From Heptranchias perlo (Eukaryota), in assembly GCF_035084215.1 (NCBI RefSeq), contig NC_090338.1, positions 9,114,001 through 9,178,000 of the forward strand: 64,000 bases of DNA. Reading direction: 5' to 3'. This document shows positions 26,971-38,657 of the stretch, piece after piece. A program made the position numbers and the translations under genes. The notes beneath the pieces were generated by a model. The model ran no database searches, was not told the DNA's origin, and saw only the letters and a program-made list of their open reading frames with translations. Numbering within the stretch: position 1 is the first letter of the stretch; every line of letters starts with the position of its first letter.

Positions 26971-27129
26971 AAGAATTATCTTTTTGTTCACTACCTATAT
27001 TTAGAAGAGCAAAGATTGTTCAATTGGGAAGTATGTACAGACACGTCGCGTTAAATTCACTTGTATTTCATGTGCACTTCTTCAATGATACAAAAGATAT
27101 TAATTAAGAAATATAGTAGGAACATGAAT

Positions 27130-27320
27130 TAAGGTTGGACAACGTTAATTATACCAGTAATACTGAAGGTGTTCAATAGAGGCACTGTTGCATTAAGAGT
27201 ATTTGGTGCTATTATTGGTCGGGTCTCTTTGTGTCGCTGTCCACCAATGAGGTGAAGATGTTGAGCTGGAGATCCAGCACCACTCCCTCAAAACCAAACA
27301 CTGCGCAGCATCAGAGAACC
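27130..27320 (+). promoter_or_regulatory. Pcdh promoter with conserved sequence element (CGCT box at 27235-27238)
   Basis: attattggt..tctttgtgtCGCTgtccaccaatgagg..ctggagatccagcaccactccc is conserved upstream of four paralogues; the CGCT-core CSE is established for clustered Pcdh promoters. Confidence 0.85.
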
Positions 27321-27534
27321 AGCCGGACTCATTTCCACACTCTCCATTCATTCTAAAAATGGACCTTGAGAAAACTAAGGATATTTGTATAAATCTTGTT
27401 GACTATTCTCTTCAAAACAACTAGTCGTCGGACGCAAAACGTAGATCTTAATGTGGCAAATAAGGTAATGAAGAATTATGTTCTCAGTACAATACTAAAT
27501 ACCGTACAATTTATTGACTCCTATTCGTACAGAA

Positions 27535-29997
27535 ATGGCCTCCTTCATGAATCGCTGCGTGTCACAATGGCAATGTTTATATTTAATAGTCGTATATATT
27601 TCAAATTCAGTTTGTGGGAACATTCGCTATTCAATTTCTGAAGAATTAGAACTTGGTGCCTTTGTTGGGAATATTGCTAACGATCTAAGGTTAGATGTAA
27701 ATCAACTGTCTGCTCGCAGGTTTCGGACTGTAACCGACCATAAAACGCAATACCTAGACGTTAATTTAAACACCGGAGCTTTGTTCATAAAAGAGAAAAT
27801 CGACAGGGAACAGCTTTGTGAACAAAGGCTCACGTGTGTACTGATGTTGGAAGCCGTGATGGAAAATCCTCTAAAGCTATACAGTTTTGAAGTTGAAATT
27901 CTAGACATAAATGACAATCCGCCCGTATTCCAAAAGAGCCAAATGCGTTTGGAAATTTCAGAAAGTGCATCACCGGGAACACGCTTCAGGCTTCAAAACG
28001 CGCATGACCGGGACGCCGGAACTAACAGTGTCCGCACCTACGAAATCAGTCAAAATGAGCACTTCGTTTTAGAATTACGAAGAGAAAGAATAGTTGCTCC
28101 GGAGTTAGTCCTTCAGCGACCTCTCGATCGAGAACAGCAGCCCACTCATCAGTTAACACTGACGGCGATTGATGGAGGCACCCCTCAGAGATCTGGAACC
28201 ACCCTGATCACCATTAATGTATTTGACATAAACGACAATGCACCAGTTTTTGAACAAAGCGTCTATCAAATCACCATTGCAGAAAACGTACCAAAAGATA
28301 CTTTGATTATGAAACTAAATGCACTAGATATGGACGAGGGCCAAAATGGTGAAATAATATATTCTTTTAGCGACCATACTCCCGACAGAGTACGTAATAC
28401 ATTTAGCTTGGATTCGAGAAACGGAGAAATTAGAGTAACTGGAACTGTGGATTTCGAAGAAGCACATGAATATCAGATTTGCGTAGAAGCTAAGGACAGA
28501 GGTCCGGATGCAGCGCCAGTATATTGTGAAGTTCTGCTAAAGATTGCAGATGTTAACGACAACGCCCCTGAAATTATAGTGAGCTCCATGTCCAGTCCAA
28601 TCCCAGAAAACGCTTCCCTGGGGACGGCGGTAGCTCTTTTAAAAGTAACAGACAGAGACTCTGAAGAAAGGGGAGATGTTACCTGCCACATTAGCAAAAA
28701 TACTCCCTTCAAGCTTGATAGTTCTTTTAATAATTACTACACACTGGTCGTCGATGGTGATATAGATCGTGAAGAAGTGTCCGACTATAAGATTAACATT
28801 TCATGTACTGATGCTGGCTCACCCCCGCTCTCCAGCTACAGAACAATCCCAATTGAACTTTCCGATATTAACGACAACACACCATCCTTTATGCAACCTT
28901 CATTCACAATGCATGTGACGGAGAATAATGCTGTTGGCAAGTCCATCGGTTCTGTGCCAGCGTTTGATCCAGATTCAGATCAAAATGCTTACTTGACTTA
29001 CACCATTTTGGATACCTTTATTCATGGCATGCCTACATCCACGTTCACCTCGATCAGTTCAGCCAATGGTGTGATGTTTGCGCAGCGCTCTTTTGATTAT
29101 GAGCAAATCAAAAAATTTCAAGTCCATGTGCAAGTAAAGGATGCTGGATCCCCTCCGCTTAACAGCACTATAACTGTGAATGTGATTATCGTCGATCAGA
29201 ATGATAATGTCCCTGTGATCCTATTGCCCTTGTCAAATAGAGGTTCCTCAGCAGAGGAGACAATGCCCAGATCTGCTGATCCGGGTTATTTAGTTGCTAA
29301 GGTGACAGCCACTGATGCTGATTCTGGTCAAAACGCTCAACTCTACTATCAATTACTTCAACCTACCGATGAAAGTCTGTTTACTGTGAGCCCTGAAACG
29401 GGAGAAATCTGGACCATCCGGCGTTTTGGGATCCAAAGCTCACGAAGGGAAAAAATCGTAATCCTGGTAAGGGATAATGGTAAGCCATCACTTTCATCCA
29501 CAACCACCATCAATTTGACAGTGTTGGATGAAGATACAGAAAATCCTTCAAATGTTGGTATGTTGGCGAACCCTGGACGATGGACATCTGATTTAAGACG
29601 TTATTTAATCATATCTTTTGGCACAATCTCTATCATTTTTCTACTGCCAATTATAATCCTCTCCATAAAGGTCCATAAAGGAAGGAATGCAATGAATGGT
29701 CACAGGTGCTCTTGGACGATACCATTTTCTTTTCTGTGGAGGAATTCGTCGCGTGGAATTGAAAAGGCTAGCATAAATCTCCCAATACCACCGCATTATG
29801 CAGATAACGAGACTGCTTCTGAAACATTTCGCTATGATGTGTGTCAAACTTTGAATTCAGACATGAAAGATTTCATGTTCGTGAAGTTACATGGCCCAAC
29901 CGCACCCACAATTAACATCAAGACTGGCGCATGTATGGCGAGTGTTAATGGAAATGCATCCGATTCTATCATGGCGGTAACGACTGAATCCCACGAG
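27535..29997 (+). CDS. PCDH: Clustered protocadherin variable exon 2
   Basis: ORF 27514-30057, ATG in gaaATGgcc context at 27535; six cadherin repeats, TM YLIISFGTISIIFLLPIIILSI; phase-0 donor GAG|GTGAGA at 29997/29998. Confidence 0.95.
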
Positions 29998-32759
29998 GTG
30001 AGATATATATTGAGGTTCAGCGCGCATATATTCTCCATGAATTTAAGCTGCCCATAATAAATCAGTGGTGTTTTTAAGTAGTTCAGCCTGCAGAGCTCCC
30101 TTTATCGCCATTATCTATTGAACCACTGGGGTTCTGAATGTATGCCACTTCAGAGATCCGGGACAAAGAACATAAATTGTGTCCTTGTACATGTAAGATG
30201 CTCTTTTATATATCAATATGTTCTTTCGTATATCACTAGCCTTCAGTTCTCCCCCCACCAGCCACCACCATCTTTTCGGTTCTCCAGTTATCAGTTCAGT
30301 TATGCCAATTTGGAGGCCTTGGTAGCAAGTCTAGCTTTACTCCCCAAGGTTTAGTAACCTTTCTCATTCCGTTAGGCAACCTTCGGCCTTCGATATCTGT
30401 GAGTAAACTCGTTTTTCGTTCCTTTTCGTTCTTTGCCCGTGTTAGTGTTTTAAAATTGAATATTCATTTGTTTATCTTGTTTGGTTAAAATGCCCCCTAT
30501 TCATGTTCCCTGGCTGATTTCTTTTTTGCATGAGTTGGAAGTTTTTATAGCTGATATGGAGTGATATACTTCCACGGTCGAATTTAAATTGTTGCAGTGC
30601 CTAATTGGATGGGTAGCCTTTTCCTGTATTTTTGGGGCTAATTTGCTGTGCTTATTTCGTAATTGGTTATCTACAATCGGTACACTCGTGGTGGAGATGG
30701 ATCATGCAGTATGTTACTATTTCTCATTTGCCCTTTTTGAGGGTCTTGTCGCTTGCACCTTTGGTTAAGGCTCAACCCCTTTCAGTTGCAGTCTTGTGGC
30801 TCTCTCCAGACATACACTGCCATTTTCACATTTAGCGAAATCTGTTACCTGGTGCTTTCTGCAGGATAACCCAAATATCCCTGTTTCGACATACATGAGT
30901 TTGGATGAGTGCCGTGACTTAGATCCTTTAAAGTTCTGTCACCTCTACCTTTCCTTCAAGAGAAATGTTTCTAGTTTCCCTTTGTTTGCAGCGTTATTAC
31001 AAAGCTGCTTCAATCTTCCCACGCTGGTCATTTTTGCTCCCTCTCCTTCCCTTTGATTACCACCCCCCCAAAAAAAAAATGCTGGAAACGACTTTACTTT
31101 ATGGTATATGCATTTTCCTTAGTACTACAGTATTGCTGAAAATTAAGCTCCATTATAAAAATAGAACAGTTAAAGTTTCAAATTGCGGAGTGCGTGATGA
31201 TGAAATATATGAAGTAGAAAGTCTTAGAACGCACTGCAGGTCCCACATGTATCTCATCGACCTAACAAACAGCTGCCATCAATCATTCTTGATGGCTATA
31301 CCGTTAGTCCATTTTCATGCGCAAGCATTCCTTGCCTTCGAATCTCCGTTGACCTCAGATGGCCGTCATACCTCTTCAGCATCGCAAAACACTGCGTTAA
31401 AAAGGCTACGGTTTTTTGTTCTTGCACAGAACGTTTTTGCTTCAATGGCTCTTAACGCTCTATAAAAACAAGGCCAGTTCAAAGTTGAATGCTGTTCCCT
31501 TATTTGGAGAGTCTCTTTTAGCACATCTATTACACTGCTGGACAGGACACAAAAAATATTTCAATGTAATCGGCCATCCCATGCTCCCTATGACCCCCAA
31601 CCTCTTTCTTTCTGTCCCGTCATCACATCTTTCCTGACTGTTTCGATTTTATACATAGAATTTCGGTCAACATTGTTCTGAAATTTCATCTTTTGTGCTT
31701 TCTAAACTTCAAATATCTGCCTTATATGCTCTTTCTCGTCCCGGTAATCCTACTTTGTTGAAATCAAGATTCATCCTGCTCTAACGTAGTTGTTCCCAAT
31801 AACTCAAAACTGTAGAACTTCTTATTTCCCTCAGTTTTGTTTCTGCATCCACAATTTTCAGTTTTAAAAGCCTAAGTTTGGTTTCAGTAAATTATTACTT
31901 CATGATTTATCCCTTCCTCTCAACTTTGATGGCTTTCTCCAATATGGGCACTGAAAGAAAGAATTATTAAAATCCATTATTGCTAAAAATGCAGCTTCCG
32001 TATTTTCAATACAAAATGAACTCTGTTTTATATCACCTTTATATGTGGATACCTGGCCAGTTCTAAAGGTACTAGTTATAAACAAGTGACTGTTCATAGT
32101 TTAACTGGCACAGCTAAGTTTTTTAGTATATACTTATTAATCTTATAAATTACAATTTGTACGAGTTAGGAACCAATAGAACCAAATGACACGGTCTGCA
32201 TTTGAAGGGTGTGTGTGTGTGGAGGGTGTGGGGGTGGTGGGGGGGCGGTGGGGGTGGTACTCAAAACGAATCTGTGGAAACATTCTTTCAGCGAGCGAGT
32301 GGTAAATCTATGGAGGATGCTTCATAGGGACGTGGAAGCAGAACGTGTTGATTCATTCAAATGCAAATTAACAGATTTATTCAAAAAATAATATTTTGGA
32401 AAACAGTATATGATTAATTCGAAGCGTAACATATGCTAAGTGCAGCATACTTGGGAAGAACATTGACTTTGTAATAAAACTTTCCAGACTGAGGGTTTCC
32501 TCGCCTCATGTCTGAGCCTGTTGTAAACTAATTGATAGAGATTGATTGCCATGATACGTCAACAATTCTATTATTATTGTATCACGTGACTACCAGGATA
32601 GTAGCAGGCGAACTATATGGACCTTGGTCTCTTTTTGTGTAGCAATTCTTATGTTCCTATAGGAACAATCTGGAGAACATATTAATAAGCCCACATTTGA
32701 GCTTTACAATGTTAAACCAAATTGTTAGCACAGATCTGTTTGAGAATATCAAAAGGTTC

Positions 32760-34230
32760 AGCATGTACTTTGGTATAGAGAGTATAATTTCAAAGTTTGC
32801 AAATGACATGGAACTCGGAAATGTAATCAACAATGTGAAGGATAGTAAAAGACTTCAGGAGGACATAGACAGACAGGTGAAATGGGCAAACACATGGCAG
32901 AAAAAAAATAACGCAGGGAAGTGTGAAATGATACATTTTGGTAGGAAGAATGAGGAGAGGCAATATAGGGTGCAGGAACAGAGACACCTGGGGGTGCACA
33001 TACACAAGTTGAGAAGGCTATTTAAAAAAACATATGGGATCGTGGGCTTCATTAATAGAGGCATAGAGTACAAAAGCATGGAAATTATGCTCAACCTTTA
33101 TAAAACTCTGGTTAGGCCGCAGCTGGACTGTTGTGTTCAATTCTGGGCACCACGATTTAGGAAGGATACCAAGGCCTTAGTTGGGTGTAGAAGAGATTTA
33201 CTCGAATAGTAAAAGGGATGTAGGGATTTTAGTTATATGGAGACACTGGAGAAGCTAGGCTTGTTCTCCTACGAACAGAGACATTTAAGGGGAGATTTGA
33301 TAGAAGTGTTCAAAATCCTGAACGGTTTTGATAGAGTAAATAAGGAGAAATGGTTTCCAGTATCAGAAGGGTCGGTAACCAGAAGTCACAGATTTAAGAT
33401 GATCGGCAAAAGAGCCATAGGCCACATGAGGAAACATTTTTTTATGCAGCGAGTTGTAATGATCTGGAATGCACTGTCTGAAAGGGTGGTGGAAGCAGAT
33501 TTAATAGTAACTTCCAAAAGGGAATTATATAAATATAAGCAGGGAATGGGACTAATTGGATAACGCTTTCAAACAGCTGGCACAGGCTTGATTGGCTGAA
33601 TGGGATAGATTGGGGAGCTTTAATGATGAGTGGCAGATGTAACTCTATGTAGAAAAATGCGAAGTATTGAGGTGGAGAAAGGATAATGGACAGTGGCAAT
33701 ACAAGAAGAAATGATATTATTATACAGGATAGGTCACAGGAGAAGAATGTGAGAGTGCTGCTGGCAGTGGGTGCAGTGAATAGCGACTGACTTAACCACT
33801 GGGACAAGGCACCTGAATTATGAGAAGTTCTGCAGAAGCTGGAAATGTATAATTTCAAGAGAAGGCTCAGGGATTATCTTACTGAAGTCTTGAAGATCCA
33901 AGAATATAACCATAAAAGCCAAAATGTAAAAATGGTTACAGATTCTACAACATGATGGCAAAGCTTCAAAATTCGATTAGAAAGGACGAAGAAGCAATTT
34001 AGGTCCAACTTTTTAACGCAGAAAGTGTTCACTGCATAGAATGAACCAGCAAGATAACCAGTGAAGGTCGATTGTATTAGCAAATTCAAGGGAATTCAAT
34101 AAACACCTGCGGGAGTGGGGGTTACAGAGGGAGATGAAAGATCTTTTGTGATGTAATGCGATGTGATCTACCCCCTGCGACGACCAGATGGACTGCAATG
34201 GTCTTTTCCGGTCCTGTACATTCTTATATT
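32760..34230 (+). mobile_element. Two adjacent degenerate CR1 3' portions
   Basis: ISKFANDMELG..LQEDIDR, LYKTLVRPQLDCCVQFWAP, LRGDLIEVFKI; a second decayed copy follows at about 33600-34230. Confidence 0.8.
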
Positions 34231-34664
34231 CCTGTGTTAGCAGCCTGATGTTTCCCAGGCCTTCATTTTGCACCACCATATTCCCTGTTCTAAATGTGAG
34301 TGGATGCCCCCAGTTAACACATCTGTTGGTTCTGTCAACAAATGTATCACAAACCTTTTCTCAGTGTAAGCATTCTCGGTTTTCGCAGTTTTCGATGCCT
34401 AATAACCTTATCAATTTAATTTCTCTTTTTCTTCAACCTCTGAAAACGCAGAATCTTTCCACAGTAGTGCAATGACTAAAGCTGTACACAGTATTCCGGA
34501 TGATGCTGAAGCAGTTTTCATAACCATTGCTGCCCATCCCTTCCCGGTTATGTTTTTAATCATTCAGATTTATGCTTTGGATTAAATAAGGTTCCAATGG
34601 TAGGGTATCTTCCCTGTGCACACAACTAACGAGCAGTCCAACTCTTCGCATTTGCCTGTTTCCT

Positions 34665-36600
34665 TGGAATGTCTCCAAGTGTTTTACAGCCAATAAAGTA
34701 CTTTTGCGTGTAGTCACTGTTGTACATCCTAAAAGAGCTGGCTCCAGAGACGGTGGATGCACTGTTTATGATCTTCCAAAATGCTCTAGACTCTGGAACG
34801 GTCCCAGTGGACTGGAAGGTAGCAAATGTTACCTCGCTATTCAAGAAGGGAGGGAGAGAGAAAACAGAGAACTACAGGCCAGTTATCCCGACATTTGTCG
34901 TCGGGGAAATGCTGGAATCCATTATTAAGGAGTGGTAACAAGGTACTTAGGAAATCACAATATGATTAGGCAGAGTCAACATGGTTTTATTAAAGGGAAA
35001 TCGTGTTTGTCGAATTCAATAGAGTTTTTGAGGCTGTAACTAGCAGGGTAGATAAAGGGGAACCAGTGGATGTAGTATATTTGGATTTTCAAAGGGCATT
35101 CGATAAGGTGCCACATAAAAGGTTGTTACGCAAGGTAGGGGCTCATGGGGTTGAGGTAAATATATTAGCAGGGATAGAGCATTGGTTTAAGGGCAGAAAA
35201 CAAAGAGTAGGGATAAATGCGTCATTCTCAGGTTGGCAGGCTGTAACTAGTGTGGTGCCGCAAGGATCATGCACGGGCTTCAGTTATTTACAATGACTTA
35301 GATGAAGGGACCAATTGTAATGTATCCACGTTTGCTGATGATACAAAGCTAGGTGAGAAAGCAAGCTGTGAGGAGGACACAAAGAGCCTGCAAAGAGATA
35401 TAGACAGATTAAGTCTGTGGGCAAGAAGGTGGCAGATGGAGTATAATGTGGGGAAATGTGAGGCTATTCACTTTGGTAGGAAGAATAGAAAAACAGAATG
35501 TTTGTTAAATGGTGAGAAACTATTAAATGTTGGTGTTCAGAGAGATTTGGGTGTCCTCGTACAAGAAACACAAACAGTTAGGATGCAGGTACATTAGGCA
35601 ATTAGGAAAGCAAATGGCATGTTGGCCTTTATTGCAAGGGGGTCGGTGTACAGGAGCAAGGAAGTCTTACTCCAGTTGTACAGGGCTTTGGTGAGATCTC
35701 ACCTGGAGTACTGCGTACAGTTTTGGTCTCCTTATCTAAGGAAGGATGTATTTGCCTTGGAGGCAGTGCAACGAAGTTTCACTAGCTTAATTCCTGGGAT
35801 GAGACGGTTGTCCTATGGGGAGAGTTTGAGTAGAATGGGCCTATACTCTCTGGAGTTCAGAAGAATGAGAAGTGATCTCACTGAAACATATAAGATTATG
35901 AGGGGGCTTGCAGAGTAGATGCTGAGAGATTGTTTTCCCTGGCTAGAGTCTAGAACTAGAGGGCATAATCGTAGGATACAGGGTTTGGACATTCAAGACT
36001 GAGATGAGGAGGAATTTCTTCACGCAGGAAGTTGTAAATCTTTGGAATTCTCTACCCCAGAGGGCTGTGGATGCTGAGTCATTGAATATATTCAAGGCTG
36101 AGAGAGATAGATTTTTGGACTCTGGGGAATCAAGGGGTATGGGGATCAGGCAGGAATGTGGAGTTGAGGCCAAAGATCAGCGACGATCTGATTAAATGGT
36201 GGAGTAGGCTCAAAGGGCCGAGTGGCCTACTCCTGCTCCTATTTGTTATGTTCTTATGTTCTTATGTTATAATGTAGAGAAATGTGGCAGCCAATTTGCG
36301 CATATCAAGTTCCCACAAACAGCAATGTGATAATGATGAGATAATCTGTTTTATTGATACTGATTAAGGGAGAAATATTGGCCAGGACACGGGGGGAGAA
36401 CTCTCCTGATCTTGTCCCAATAGTGCCATGAGATCTTTTCTGTCCAGCTGAGAAGGCAGACAGAGCCTCGGTTCAGCATCTCATCTGAAAGATGGCAGCT
36501 CCAATAGTGCAGCAATCCCTCTGCACTGTATTGTGCCAGCATGGATTATGTGCTCAAGTTTCTGGAGTGTGAGGTATGAGTGCTACCACTGAGCCAAGGC
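34665..36600 (-). mobile_element. Deu-domain SINE split by a CR1 insertion
   Basis: 34665-34723 (cagccaataaagtactttt..tagtcactgttgta) continues at 36270 (aatgtagagaaatgtggcagccaatttgcgca..). Confidence 0.7.
34724..36269 (+). mobile_element. CR1 LINE, 5' truncated, frameshifted RT
   Basis: WKVANVTSLFKKG, VDVVYLDFQRAFDKVPH, FADDTKLG, HLEYCVQFWSP; tail (ttatgttc)n. Confidence 0.92.
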
Positions 36601-37143
36601 TCTCCTGGCTGGCCTCCCGCCTTGCACCCCTTGTAAACTTGAGCTCATCCAAAGCTCTGCTGCCTATCTCCTAATTCGCACCAAGTCCTGTTCAGCCATC
36701 ATGCCTGTGCTCGCCAATCTACATTTGGCCCCAACCCGGCAGCACCTCGATTTTAACATTCTCATCCATGTTTTCAAATCCCTCCATGGCCCTGCCCCAC
36801 CATATCTCTGAAACTTCCTCTAGCCCTACAATCCTCCGAGATCTCTGTGCTCCTCCAATTCTGGCCTCTTGCGCATCCCCGATTTCCATCGCCCCACCAT
36901 TGGCAGCATTGCCTTCAGCTGCCCAGGCCCTAATCTCTGCAATTCTCTCCATAGAGAGGTAACCTCTCTGCCTCTTTCTCTCCTCCTTCAGGACGCTCTT
37001 TAAAACCTACTTCTTTGACCAAGCTTTTGGTCATCTGTCCTAATATCTCCTTATGTGGCTCGGTTTTGTTTGATTACGCTCCTGTGAAGCGCCTTGGGAC
37101 GTTTTACCACGTTAAGGGCGCTATATAAATGCAAGTTGTTGCT
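36601..37143 (+). mobile_element. L2-type LINE 3' end
   Basis: Ends aagcgccttgggacgttttaccacgttaagggcgctatataaatgcaagttgttg, a typical L2/SINE shared tail. Confidence 0.7.
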
Positions 37144-37475
37144 GTGTATCATGAACTAGAAATATACGCTGTTAAACAATTTGTTTTGTCGCTGAGCTAT
37201 ATCAGCCCTTAACACTAACAGTGGGGGAAGACTATCTGTTTAATTCTGGATTTGTATCGTTATACTACAGGTGATGTAGAATCCCGTAACTGAAACAAGG
37301 AAGAAAAGTAAACTAACAATCAATAACCACGATAATCTTCTTACAGAACAGGCCTTTGCTCAAGCTGCCGAATGAAGCAGCAGAAATTAAAGTTATATCG
37401 GTTTATAAATCTGCTTAATCTTAAATACAACCACAAGCTCCAATTTAATAATATTGAAATGTACGTTGGTTCAAT

Positions 37476-38030
37476 ATAAAACCAGAAAATGCTGGAAATA
37501 CTCAGCAAGTCAGGCAGCATCTGTGGAGAAAGGAACAGAGTTAACGTTTCAAGTCGATGACGTTTTGTCAGAACTGGAAGAAGTGAAAGATTTAACAGTT
37601 TATAAGCAAGTACAGAGCCAGGGAAAGCGGTGTGGGGGAGGGGGTGGGTGGAAGGGGAGGGGAAGAAGGAACAAAAGGGAAAGTCTGTGAAAGGGTGGAA
37701 GGAAGGAGTGATTAAATGACAAAAGGGATGATGGTGTAAGGCAAGGAGAGCAGTAATGGGACAAGTAAAGAAACAAAAGATGGGTCCAGAGAAGCTGTAA
37801 ATGGCAACACCAGAACCGTTAGCGCTCTGACTTCTCTGTCCCCGGCCTCCTACACTGTTCCAATAAAGCCCAACGGAAGCTTGAGGAACAGCGCACCATA
37901 TTTTGAATAGGCACTTTACAACCTTCAGGTCATAACCACTGCTCCCGTTTTTTCGTACAGCAGATGCTGGAAATAGTTCTGCTGTTGCCATTTACAGCTC
38001 GTCTAGACCCATCTTTTGTTTCTTTGCCTT
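37476..38030 (-). mobile_element. Penelope-like element end with an inverted segment
   Basis: Minus strand ctgacaaaacgtcatcgacttgaaacgttaactctg resembles a decayed hammerhead core; 37765-37816 is inverted at 37977-38025. Confidence 0.55.
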
Positions 38031-38239
38031 GATGTTTCCGCATCCAGTTAATCTTGTTTTCGTTGACGTATTCACCGTTTCATTGAAAGAAATACACAAC
38101 CTGCCACCCAAGAAAGTTGTTTAATTCAACATTTTATGCAGATGTTTCTGTTAAAATCTGTGCTAAGTTCCACATCAAATTTGTTTCATAAATAAGCCAC
38201 GAAAATGAATTGTATGACAAATAAAAGTGCAGCATCAAT

Positions 38240-38430
38240 TAAAGTTGCACAACGATAAATATGCCAAGTCATCCTAATCGTGTTTCAAAGAAGGCACCTT
38301 TGCTTTAAAAGTGCTTGTTGTTATTATTGGTTGAGTCTTTTTGTGTCGCAGTCTACCAATGAGGTGAAGAAATACGGCTAGAGATCCATCACCACTCCCC
38401 CAACACCAAACATTAAGCAGCACCCAGAAC
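38240..38430 (+). promoter_or_regulatory. Promoter of the Pcdh pseudogene; CSE core altered to CGCA
   Basis: attattggttgagtctttttgtgtCGCAgtctaccaatgagg..gagatccatcaccactccc. Confidence 0.8.
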
Positions 38431-38657
38431 CCATAGCACGCACTATTCCATATTTCCCAGTTACGTAGGAGAATAGGCGTAGGGAATTCTAAGGGGAACC
38501 GTAGAAATAATATTGGGCGATTCTAATCCTTGCAGCCTAAGTGTTGTTCTTCATCTGAAAAAGCAAGGTAATCAATAATTATCTGCTTGAAATAATACTA
38601 AATGCCGTAAATTATGGACACATCGAGCAGTTGTATTTACGGTAGTTTGGTCCCGTG

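Noticed and set aside
30907-30925. tgagtgccgtgacttagat resembling a tRNA-His PBS
   Set aside because: No adjacent LTR end or retroviral ORF recognisable
30965-31465. 166-aa ORF
   Set aside because: No recognisable motifs, homopolymer runs, intronic position
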